Shown here in pieces: positions 27,302 to 35,702 of a stretch of DNA of 64,000 nucleotides (within the stretch, counting starts at the first letter, position 1; each line of letters starts with the position of its first letter). The stretch is from Bacteroidota bacterium (lineage in GTDB: Bacteria; Bacteroidota; Bacteroidia; Bacteroidales; ML635J-15): assembly GCA_029564465.1 (NCBI GenBank), contig JAKQPY010000056.1:886-64885 (forward strand), in the 5' to 3' direction. The translations under genes were made by a program, and so were the position numbers. The notes beneath the pieces are model-generated. The model saw only the letters and a program-made list of their open reading frames with translations, ran no database searches and had not been told where the DNA came from.

Positions 27302-28243
27302 ATGGCCTATAAATGGATAGCAAAAGCTGTGGTTCAGAAGGTAATCAGTTTTATGCCTTATCGCGAAAAACTGAATTATCTTTTCCAGCGATATGTTACA
27401 CATGGCGTTGAATTAAACGATATTTATTTTGGCTATAAAATTCAAGCAGCCTCCGACCACGTAAAATATATGCGTAAATATGCACCCGAAGGTATATTGT
27501 GCAATCAGGCTGTGCTTGAGCTGGGCACAGGATGGTATCCTGTTATCCCTATCTCAATGTATCTAAGCGGGGCATTATCGGTTACCTCAATCGATATCAG
27601 GCAGTGGATGAATAAAAAGTCGATTTTAACCTGTATCGACAAATTTATTGAATGGCGCGATTCGGGCAAACTCGATAATTATCTGAAAGTAATTAACGAT
27701 GAGCGATGGAATACCCTAATTGAAATATCTGATCGTCGCGAAGAGCTTACCGAAGAACAAATCTTAGATGTACTTAGGTTCAGGACAATGGTTACCGATG
27801 CGAGGAACACCGGTTTGCCGGCACGCAGTTTCGACTTAATTTGCTCAAACAATACGTTTGAACACATTTATCCCGCAGTTCTAGAAAACATTCTGATAGA
27901 GTTTAAACGCTTACTGAAACCCGGTGGAATAATGAGCCACCACATTGATATGTCCGATCATTTTGCCCATTTCGACACATCGATTACCATTTATAATTTT
28001 CTGAAATTTTCATCGCGGCGATGGAAAACTATTGATAACCGGATACAACCGCAAAACCGCCTGCGTTTTGTCGATTTTAAAGAAATGTATAAAAACCTCG
28101 GGATTCCGGTTACCGAAGAAGTTATTTGGGAGGGCAGCCGCGAACAGCTTAGCTTGTTGAAACTTGCCCCGGAATTTAATCGATACACCCGAGATGAGTT
28201 GGCGGTTTCGCATGCCTATTTGGTGAGTAAATTTCCTGATTAA
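27302..28243 (+). CDS. Class I SAM-dependent methyltransferase
   Basis: 313 aa. Motif I-like VLELGTGWYP and post-motif LKPGGIM are present. Substrate unknown. Confidence 0.7.
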   Translation: MAYKWIAKAVVQKVISFMPYREKLNYLFQRYVTHGVELNDIYFGYKIQAASDHVKYMRKYAPEGILCNQAVLELGTGWYPVIPISMYLSGALSVTSIDIRQWMNKKSILTCIDKFIEWRDSGKLDNYLKVINDERWNTLIEISDRREELTEEQILDVLRFRTMVTDARNTGLPARSFDLICSNNTFEHIYPAVLENILIEFKRLLKPGGIMSHHIDMSDHFAHFDTSITIYNFLKFSSRRWKTIDNRIQPQNRLRFVDFKEMYKNLGIPVTEEVIWEGSREQLSLLKLAPEFNRYTRDELAVSHAYLVSKFPD

Positions 28244-28263
28244 ACAATATAATATTTCATACT

Positions 28264-28632
28264 ATGAAAGGCATTCTGACCATTGTGTTGCTGATATGCT
28301 CCAATGTCTTTATGACACTGGCTTGGTACGGCCATTTAAAATTTGCCGAAATGAAGTGGTTCAGTAAATTGGGTATCGTGTCAATTGTATTGATTAGTTG
28401 GGGCATTGCACTTTTTGAATATTGTTTTCAGGTTCCGGCCAACCGGATTGGTTATGCAGGCAATGGCGGACCTTTCAATATGTTTCAGTTAAAAGTGATA
28501 CAGGAAGTAATTACCCTTCTGGTTTTTACTTTTTTTACCCTTTTGGTTTTTAAAACAGAAACACTGCGAACCAACCACATCATTGGCTTTGTATTTCTAA
28601 TTCTTGCTGTTTATTTTATTTTTAAAAAATAA
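28264..28632 (+). CDS. Small DMT-superfamily membrane protein (DUF486-like)
   Basis: 122 aa with four TM segments. The N-terminus ILTIVLLICSNVFMTLAWYGHLKF is typical of this family. Confidence 0.7.
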   Translation: MKGILTIVLLICSNVFMTLAWYGHLKFAEMKWFSKLGIVSIVLISWGIALFEYCFQVPANRIGYAGNGGPFNMFQLKVIQEVITLLVFTFFTLLVFKTETLRTNHIIGFVFLILAVYFIFKK

Positions 28633-29064
28633 TCAGGCAATAATTTCTCCGTTAATTATTATTTCAAAGCTCAGTTCCATCGCCTTGCGATACACAGCAC
28701 TTACTCCGCAATATTGCTCTTCCGATAATTGTACTGCTCGTTTGACCTTATCGGGTGGTATATTGTTACCGGTTAGCAAATAAATCACTTTCATGGCTGT
28801 ATAATGCTTCGGGTGGTCTTCGGTGAGCACCGATTCAATTTTCACCTGAAAACTGTCGGGGTAAATTCTCATTTTGCGCAAAATAGAGATTACATCCATG
28901 CCCGTACAACCTGCCAAAGCAACCATCATAAGTGGCTTGGGACGGGGTCCCAGATTCTGCCCACCGAATTCTTCCGATGCGTCAATGTTTATTATGTGTC
29001 CGTTTACATGGGACGAGAACGACATGTTTTCGTTCCATTCCAGTACAATAGAGTCCGTAGCCAT
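28633..29064 (-). CDS. OsmC/Ohr family peroxiredoxin-like protein
   Basis: 143 aa. Contains GPRPKPLMMVALAGCTGMDV and EEQYCGVS, the two conserved Cys contexts of the OsmC family. Confidence 0.8.
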   Translation of the reverse strand: MATDSIVLEWNENMSFSSHVNGHIINIDASEEFGGQNLGPRPKPLMMVALAGCTGMDVISILRKMRIYPDSFQVKIESVLTEDHPKHYTAMKVIYLLTGNNIPPDKVKRAVQLSEEQYCGVSAVYRKAMELSFEIIINGEIIA

Positions 29065-29071
29065 ATAAATT

Positions 29072-29887
29072 TTAGTTTTGGTTTTTAATATGAACGTTCA
29101 TTTGGGGATAGGGAATACTAATGCCTTCTTTAAAGAAATTTTTATAAACCTGCTCATTCATTTCATGATAAACGCCCCAGTAATCTTCGGTTTTCACCCA
29201 TACCCGTACCACAATTTCTACTGCACTTTCTTTTAAAGCATTTACAGCAATAAAATGTTCCGGTTCATCCAGTATTCTGCTATCTTTTGCAATCAACCCG
29301 AGCAATACCGCCTTGGCTTTGTCGTATTCGTTGCCATATCCTATCCCAAATGTCCAGTCAACGCGTCGCAGTGGTTCAGTGGTAAAATTGGTCATCGAAC
29401 TGGTGGCCAATCCACCGTTGGGAATGATGATTGTTTTATTGTCGAAGGTGGTAATGATGGTACTAAATATCTGAATTTCTTTCACTATGCCCAAATATCC
29501 CTGTGCCTCGAGTACATCCCCCACTTTAAAAGGCTTCAGCAGTATAATAATTACCCCGCCGGCAAAATTCTGTAGGCTGCCCTGTAAAGCCATACCTATG
29601 GCAAGTCCCGCAGCACCAAGTATGGCAATAAACGAAGTAACCTCGATGCCCACCATGCCCAGAACACTCACAAACAACAGGGTTTTCAAGGCAATATTGG
29701 AGAGGCTGATAAAAAACGTTCTCAATTCCTTATTCGTATTGCGCTTATTCATTACCTTGCGCATCGATCGTGTTACCAGTTTTATAATCCACAGTCCCAA
29801 AACTAGTACAAGAATTGCCCCGAGAACTTTGGGCCCAAAACTGAGGGCGAGATCAATCAGTTTGTCAAAAATTGGTTTTGCATCCAT
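29072..29887 (-). CDS. Small-conductance mechanosensitive channel (MscS family)
   Basis: 271 aa with three N-terminal TM helices, followed by FKVGDVLEAQGYLGIVKEIQIFSTIITTFDNKTIIIPNG, the MscS beta-domain signature. Confidence 0.85.
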   Translation of the reverse strand: MDAKPIFDKLIDLALSFGPKVLGAILVLVLGLWIIKLVTRSMRKVMNKRNTNKELRTFFISLSNIALKTLLFVSVLGMVGIEVTSFIAILGAAGLAIGMALQGSLQNFAGGVIIILLKPFKVGDVLEAQGYLGIVKEIQIFSTIITTFDNKTIIIPNGGLATSSMTNFTTEPLRRVDWTFGIGYGNEYDKAKAVLLGLIAKDSRILDEPEHFIAVNALKESAVEIVVRVWVKTEDYWGVYHEMNEQVYKNFFKEGISIPYPQMNVHIKNQN

Positions 29888-29930
29888 AATTAATAAATTT
29901 TAGAAATAAATTTTTTATATCGTTATTTGG

Positions 29931-31913
29931 TTATCGCAATTTCCAATCATACGCCGAGTTTTCTTTGCGGGCTGTCGGTTTTTGCCGGCCTCCGGTAATG
30001 GTTTCTACTTCCTTAATAGAATAATCTTTTATCTCTGAAACAGTAATATGTCCATCATGGTTCAAATCGGCCTGTTTATTTTGCACCCCATTGATAATTG
30101 TAAAGGTAAATATACCGTTTTTCCATTCGTTCGATTCTATGGCAAAGCCTGTGCCCGCAGCAGCTGCCAATACCATGGTTCCCGTTCCTTTATCGAGTCC
30201 AGCGAACATTTCTTTCATAATGTCGAACGAATTGTATATGCCGGCTCCCGATTTCGAAGGGTTATATTCAATACTGCGGTAGGTGTATTCTTTAACCATG
30301 TTGTTCTGTGCAAGTTGGTTATCAACACTGTCAGTAGCCAAATCAGTAATTTGGATGTCATCGCTAACAGCTTCTTTGTCAACTTCCCCGCTATGGCAGG
30401 CATCTACCAGCAGTAACTTGTGCCTGGCTGGAATACTGTCGAGAAAGGTTTCAATTTCATCGAAAGCTATGCCTTTCAAATCAGGCTTTTCGAAGTCGAT
30501 ATCGCTGGTAGCATAATAAAAATTCTGATCTTCGTTCAGCAAGCCGTGACCCGAAAAGAAAACAATGACCCTGTCGTTGGGTTTTGTGGAAAGAATTTTT
30601 GATTTTAAATTAAAGAAATTTTCACGTGTAGCAGCGCTGTCGAACAATGTATCAATTTCGATGTGCCCAAAGTTTTTGATTATAGATTTGTTTTTTAAAA
30701 ACATACGGGTTAGGTCACGCCCGTCTTTTACGGCGTACTTCAGGTTGATGGCTGGGTCGTGATAATCAGAAACACTAACAACAATAAAATACAGGTTGGG
30801 TTTTTCGGTTTTAACCGGAATATAATCAATTACCAGATTTTCTTTTCTCGACTCGGCTGCATTGCTGTTTATGCATGAAACCTGAATGCTGTTTTTTCCG
30901 AGTATCAGGCTGACCGGTACTGTGAGTTCTATGTTGCCGGTTTGATTACTTCGGTAACTGAGACCATTTCTGCCATATATCGGTACATCGTTTGCCCAGA
31001 TTTGTATTCTGTCGATGTTATATCGGTTGTCCCATGCTTTTATTTTCAGTACAATGCTGTCGTCGGTGGTGCTTAGGGGACATTCCGAAAGATTTGTGAT
31101 TTCAATTTCGGGCGTATGCCATTCCGGCGAAAACATGCTTTCGGAGAAACCTATTTTCTGCAAGCGTTTTTCGTATGCCTTACGATACAAATCGATGGTT
31201 TTTTGGTCAACAAACCCAAGTCTTTCGAGAACGATGTCTGGGCGATTAAACTGTATGTCGAACTGATCGGCTGAATATAAATCATATCCCAGCTTAAAGC
31301 CAATAGCATTCATGTTGTTCTTCGATGTGAGATAATAATTGTCGTCGGTAATAGCTATTTTATCGTTTTTACCAATGGGAATAATGCTGATTATCAGTTC
31401 ACCCGTTGTTGTGTTCCAAAGTTTTACTGACGCATCATCACCGGTTGATGCCACTATGTTCCTGTAAGGATGAAAAGCAATGCAGTTAATCGCGGCAGTA
31501 TGTCCAGTGCATACAGCTTTTTGAACTATTTTATCTTCTGATATCTCGAATAATACAAGATCGTTTTGACTGGAGGCAATGGCCAGCTGATTGCTTTTAT
31601 TATTGAATGTGGCTTGTGTTGCTTCGATTCTATAGGTAAATAGAGATGTGTTTTTATAGAAATCGTACAAATAAATTATGCCAGAACTTAATATAACTCC
31701 GACTGAATCGTTGCACATCACCGCTTTATTGGCTTTGAAAGGTAGTGATATGCTGCTTTGATAAATTTTCTTATTGTTGCTAACCAGCCAATAGCAAATG
31801 CTGTCGGTACCATCAAAACTGACAAAAACCGTATCGGAAATAAACAATACGTCAGTTACCTGATTTGCGTGATGAATCAAAGTTTTTTTCCATGGTTTCG
31901 CAATATTGTTCAC
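29931..31913 (-). CDS. WD40 blades + beta-sandwich + caspase-like (peptidase C14) domain protein; probable 3' part of a frameshift-split gene
   Basis: 660 aa from a GTG start. WD40 blade: GHTAAINCIAFHPYRNIVASTGDDASVKLWN. C14 core: NLYFIVVSVSDY, the His context VIVFFSGHG and the Cys context KLLLVDACHSGE. The C-terminus has EF-hand-like DLNHDGHITVSEIKDY...GGRQKP. The frame is open and WD40-like (GCNSKGSLFAAGYENGIITV) upstream to 32030 with no start codon. Confidence 0.85.
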   Translation of the reverse strand: MNNIAKPWKKTLIHHANQVTDVLFISDTVFVSFDGTDSICYWLVSNNKKIYQSSISLPFKANKAVMCNDSVGVILSSGIIYLYDFYKNTSLFTYRIEATQATFNNKSNQLAIASSQNDLVLFEISEDKIVQKAVCTGHTAAINCIAFHPYRNIVASTGDDASVKLWNTTTGELIISIIPIGKNDKIAITDDNYYLTSKNNMNAIGFKLGYDLYSADQFDIQFNRPDIVLERLGFVDQKTIDLYRKAYEKRLQKIGFSESMFSPEWHTPEIEITNLSECPLSTTDDSIVLKIKAWDNRYNIDRIQIWANDVPIYGRNGLSYRSNQTGNIELTVPVSLILGKNSIQVSCINSNAAESRKENLVIDYIPVKTEKPNLYFIVVSVSDYHDPAINLKYAVKDGRDLTRMFLKNKSIIKNFGHIEIDTLFDSAATRENFFNLKSKILSTKPNDRVIVFFSGHGLLNEDQNFYYATSDIDFEKPDLKGIAFDEIETFLDSIPARHKLLLVDACHSGEVDKEAVSDDIQITDLATDSVDNQLAQNNMVKEYTYRSIEYNPSKSGAGIYNSFDIMKEMFAGLDKGTGTMVLAAAAGTGFAIESNEWKNGIFTFTIINGVQNKQADLNHDGHITVSEIKDYSIKEVETITGGRQKPTARKENSAYDWKLR

Positions 31914-31929
31914 TGTAATGATACCGTTT

Positions 31930-33045
31930 TCATAACCGGCTGCAAAAAGGCTCCCCTTCGAATTGCAACCTGTGCAGCTTATCGGGTTGGGGGGGGGACA
32001 ACGGAAATAACCCCAGAACTTTTTCGTACATTAAGTTTCTGAATTTTCGATATACAGAATTGGTCTCGGTTATTTTTAGGTATTGTTCGCTCTTCGACTT
32101 GATGATGCGGTTGTCTTCGCCGGCTGAAAAATAGCTGAGCGTATCGGGTAGCGAAGAAACCGAAACAATACCATGTTTATGGACACGGGTAGTTGTCGAT
32201 TGTAGGTCAGCACTGTACAGGTCGATGGTTTTAATGTCGCCCAGTTCGTTTCCTAACATCAAATAGCGTCCCGATGCATCAAAATTAATGGAACGGTTTC
32301 GAAACGACTTGGCAGCAAGCCGTTTTTCTTCGAAAAGCTTATGAGTGTTCCAAATAATTATGGATCGGTCAGAACTCGCTGATGCAAAATTTGTTTCATC
32401 AGGGTTAAAAACTATGTCGTTCACATCTGAATTGTGCCGGTTCAGATAGCTGAGTTTCTTACCCGAATTGCTGCGTATTTTTTTTCCGTTATCGGCACTA
32501 TATAAATATATTTTACCATCGCTATTGGCCCCCAGCAGTAAATTGTTTTTTTCGGAAATACCCGTAGCATTAAAAACATCGGTGAAGTATTCACACGACC
32601 GTTTGTATTTTGTTTTGTTGGTTCCAGTCTCCCTGTTGATGAGTTTATTCCCTTCGGCAGTAACTACTAAATAATTTGCTACATGGCATTGATTCCTAAT
32701 TCTGGTTTTCTGAAGAACTATGGTGCTGTCTTTTGTTTTTAGGGTTCCAATATCCCAAACTTTTACCAATCCCTGATTGCCAATTATCAATCGTCGGTTG
32801 TTGTCGGTAAAGTACATCGATTTTACTTCTTGGTCAAATAACAGCGAACACATTTGTTTCCCAAGCAACACATTCCATACAATTATTTTTTTGTCGCTGC
32901 CATAGCTGGCCAGTAATTTACCATCGGTTGAATAGCACAGCAATTCAATGCTACCTGTATGACCGCTTTGCACAATCAAATCTACTGGTTGAGCCAGCAG
33001 CAGAACCGGCATAATGAAGAGAAGTATTATCAGAGGCAGCTTCAT
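31930..33045 (-). CDS. Signal-peptide WD40 beta-propeller protein; probable 5' part of the split WD40-caspase gene
   Basis: 371 aa with signal peptide MKLPLIILLFIMPVLLLAQ. Has multiple WD40 blades (GHTGSIELLCYSTDGKLLASYGSDKKIIVWN; HNSDVNDIVFNPDETNFASASSDRSIIIWN). The last 19 aa after the C9 tract (QPDKLHRLQFEGEPFCSRL) look out of frame. Confidence 0.8.
   Translation of the reverse strand: MKLPLIILLFIMPVLLLAQPVDLIVQSGHTGSIELLCYSTDGKLLASYGSDKKIIVWNVLLGKQMCSLLFDQEVKSMYFTDNNRRLIIGNQGLVKVWDIGTLKTKDSTIVLQKTRIRNQCHVANYLVVTAEGNKLINRETGTNKTKYKRSCEYFTDVFNATGISEKNNLLLGANSDGKIYLYSADNGKKIRSNSGKKLSYLNRHNSDVNDIVFNPDETNFASASSDRSIIIWNTHKLFEEKRLAAKSFRNRSINFDASGRYLMLGNELGDIKTIDLYSADLQSTTTRVHKHGIVSVSSLPDTLSYFSAGEDNRIIKSKSEQYLKITETNSVYRKFRNLMYEKVLGLFPLSPPQPDKLHRLQFEGEPFCSRL
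31989..31997. repeat. G9 (coding-strand C9) homopolymer at the junction of the two WD40/caspase ORFs
   Basis: I counted nine consecutive G at 31989-31997. Removing one base (C8), or adding two (C11), joins the reading frame of ORF 31930-33045 to that of ORF 29931-32030. Confidence 0.95.
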
Positions 33046-33047
33046 AA

Positions 33048-34100
33048 CTATAGGCTAAGTCGGTAGTAAAATTTCAGGGGATTATTTATCACAATGTTCC
33101 CCGATGCATCGGTGTATCGCACATAAAAATCGGGGCGAAGGTAAAAACCGTTGTAAAAATTCAGATTACGTTTTACTTTCAGATGGATGCGGTACAAATG
33201 CACGTTTTTCTGTAATATTCGGTCGAGCGATGCTATTATCAACGGGCCTTTATTTTCCATTTCGGTGTAGAAAAACGAACTGGTTTCCATGAGAAAGCCT
33301 CCGGTTCTTGAACAAATATCAGCAAACAGGGGTGCATGGTATCCAATCGATATAATGTTAATGCTGATGTTCCGGTTGAGTGCACTGTCAATTAGCTTAT
33401 TCGCATTTAACCCATAAGAATCATCAATGTTGTATGTGTAAACGGTAACGAAACGTTGTTCATTTACAGCAAAAGTATCTATGTATCGCATCATGCTCAT
33501 GCAAGCATCATAGATGTTGGAACTTCCGGATAGCTCTTCGGTATTTATTTCGGATTCCATAATTAGCTTTTCATGATATGTGCCTCCGAAAGGATTTCCA
33601 GTGCTGTCGGTAAAAATTTTATAATTGTTAATTGTGCTGCTGTTACGCGCAAAATAAGCAATCGACACCTGATTAAGATTGTTCCTACTGCTTTCAGTAA
33701 AGAAACGGTTCACAGCCCGGACTCTGAAATTAAAAGCATCGAGGTATAGGGGCGATTCGCTTTGGTTAATCAGCAAAATGTTAGAGTAGGGTAGAGAATT
33801 GTCAACAAATAGGCGCTCAATACTATCGATTTCGAAAAAAACACTACTTGTGCTTTCGATGTGAAATGCTGAATCGGGAATTAAAGTAAAATCCTTACAA
33901 TCTTCAGTAATAGCAGCCACATCTATTTCGAGCATCATCTCGTTGTTGGTTTTCCATTCAAGCTGTGTGCCCATAACAAATGCTGTCGGCAAACCCGGTG
34001 TTTTTCTTGGTTCAGGGGCACCGCGATCACAGGAACCGAAATAAATGGCTATGGAAGTGCATCCAATCAGTATTATAATATTTCTGAAAACGGTTCTCAT
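33048..34100 (-). CDS. Lipoprotein with vWA-like domain (degenerate MIDAS)
   Basis: 350 aa with lipobox AIYFGSC. The central region has a vWA-like strand/helix pattern: ILLINQSES in place of DxSxS, then SNIYDACMSMMRYI, FVTVYTYNID and ISINIISIGYH...ADICSRTGGF. The call rests on pattern resemblance only. Confidence 0.5.
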   Translation of the reverse strand: MRTVFRNIIILIGCTSIAIYFGSCDRGAPEPRKTPGLPTAFVMGTQLEWKTNNEMMLEIDVAAITEDCKDFTLIPDSAFHIESTSSVFFEIDSIERLFVDNSLPYSNILLINQSESPLYLDAFNFRVRAVNRFFTESSRNNLNQVSIAYFARNSSTINNYKIFTDSTGNPFGGTYHEKLIMESEINTEELSGSSNIYDACMSMMRYIDTFAVNEQRFVTVYTYNIDDSYGLNANKLIDSALNRNISINIISIGYHAPLFADICSRTGGFLMETSSFFYTEMENKGPLIIASLDRILQKNVHLYRIHLKVKRNLNFYNGFYLRPDFYVRYTDASGNIVINNPLKFYYRLSL

Positions 34101-34816
34101 TAATAATATATAAAGCTGTGTTTCTTCATTTTCTGAAACGACAAGGTTTCGTTGTAATGAAACGAAATGCTGTAAGTTGAAACATCCAGACGGTTTGCTT
34201 CACTGTCGATTCTTTTTTCGAAACGTACCGAAATCATGGTTTTGTTGATATTCCAACCGATTCCCCCGATTATTCTCCAATATGCCTTATTGTTGTATAC
34301 AATTCCATATAACTCGTGTATGTCGCTGTATCGATACCCCCAACCTGCATCGTTCCACACCGAGCCATCTTCGATATTCGTGTTTGCAAACACATAACAT
34401 CCTCCGGCATAAAGCGATATGAAATTTGTACCGCTGGTAATCTTCATTCCTAGGAAAACAGGCGTTTCCAGTGCTGTTTCATATACAGTCAGAGTTTGTT
34501 TGCTCCCAAGAAAACTAAGAGTTAGGTTACTTGCCCGCATCGAAGGACTTAGCTCGGTACCCATAAAAAATCTGGCATATTCCAGTTGAAAATATAAACC
34601 CAACTGACCGCCAAAAATCGGGCGGTGCGATTTACTCCCTTTCTCGGTGACCGTTCCGAAAACATTGTATGAGTAGATTGGGAAAATATAATCATCCTGA
34701 AATTTGGTTTCTCCCCAAAAAGTGAATCCTATATGTTGCCCCATACTGAAACGCTGTGCCTGTAATCCCAGGCAAAAAGAGGAGAGAAATAATATTGTTA
34801 GCGCAAATCTCACCAT
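34100..34816 (-). CDS. Small signal-peptide protein, outer-membrane beta-barrel candidate
   Basis: 238 aa with signal peptide MVRFALTILFLSSFCLGLQAQ. Shows alternating hydrophobic/aromatic strands and an aromatic C-terminus (...HSFIYY). Overlaps the downstream gene by 1 nt. Confidence 0.5.
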   Translation of the reverse strand: MVRFALTILFLSSFCLGLQAQRFSMGQHIGFTFWGETKFQDDYIFPIYSYNVFGTVTEKGSKSHRPIFGGQLGLYFQLEYARFFMGTELSPSMRASNLTLSFLGSKQTLTVYETALETPVFLGMKITSGTNFISLYAGGCYVFANTNIEDGSVWNDAGWGYRYSDIHELYGIVYNNKAYWRIIGGIGWNINKTMISVRFEKRIDSEANRLDVSTYSISFHYNETLSFQKMKKHSFIYY

Positions 34817-35484
34817 TTTCGGGGCCTGAATGAATAATTAATTTGGAAAAAAAGGAGCGCGTCATCAAAATCCTGAAAATTGTCTCGATTTCTGACAGGC
34901 CAGAATTCATAGGCTTCCTGCATGGTTCCTTGTAAACCAATATTAAAAGCCAGTTTATCGATACGCACCTGAATCAGATGAAACCGCATATACAGCCTGT
35001 AATAATCCGACTGTAAATCATCTTCAAACATCAGTTCAATTTTATTTATGAAGTTGACATAACCCCACCAAAGTCCGCTTTTATGTCCGACAAACACCTT
35101 TGCTTTATGACACCGGTTGGGAACGAATTCGTAGCCTATACCGTAGTAAACTCCATAACCGAAGTTATTCACCGATTTAAAGAAATCGGAATGTGATTGC
35201 TGCGTGCACATGAATCGGCTGATATCGATACCAAAACCATAGTTATAGCGGCCTCCGCCGAGATTCCCCGATGTTTCGGAACCTTCTTCCGGTTTCGAAT
35301 CGAGGCTTACTATAGCATTCAGGTCTATTTCGAATACAGCTTTCCTGTTGTAGTCAATCATGCGATTATCGTATCGAAAAAACTCTTTCCCATCCAGTAG
35401 AATCGATTGTTGCGCAATGGAATTGCTAATACCGACAACCAGTATCAATGTTACAAGAAATGTTATGTAAGAGTATTTTTTCAT
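34810..35484 (-). CDS. Small signal-peptide protein, outer-membrane beta-barrel candidate (first gene of the operon)
   Basis: Trimmed to Met33 (MKKYSYITFLVTLILVVGISNSIAQ), giving 224 aa. Gly/Tyr-rich strands (GGGRYNYGFGIDIS, FGYGVYYGIGYEF) and C-terminus ...NYSFRPRKW. Overlaps the next gene by 7 nt. Confidence 0.5.
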   Translation of the reverse strand: MKKYSYITFLVTLILVVGISNSIAQQSILLDGKEFFRYDNRMIDYNRKAVFEIDLNAIVSLDSKPEEGSETSGNLGGGRYNYGFGIDISRFMCTQQSHSDFFKSVNNFGYGVYYGIGYEFVPNRCHKAKVFVGHKSGLWWGYVNFINKIELMFEDDLQSDYYRLYMRFHLIQVRIDKLAFNIGLQGTMQEAYEFWPVRNRDNFQDFDDALLFFQINYSFRPRKW

Positions 35485-35702
35485 GCACTTTCCACAGGTA
35501 AAAATAATAATTAATCCGATTGCCCATTCATCCCATACTCCGAATCGATATTGTTTCGTTATGTCCGGCAAATTGTGCACAAAACCAGGTCATACAACCG
35601 ACTTACGAATTTCTATTCATTTTATAATTTTTATCAACAGAGGGTTATCACTTATCGATATTTTTATTATTTTTACCTGAAATTAATTAAAAACACACAA
35701 TT

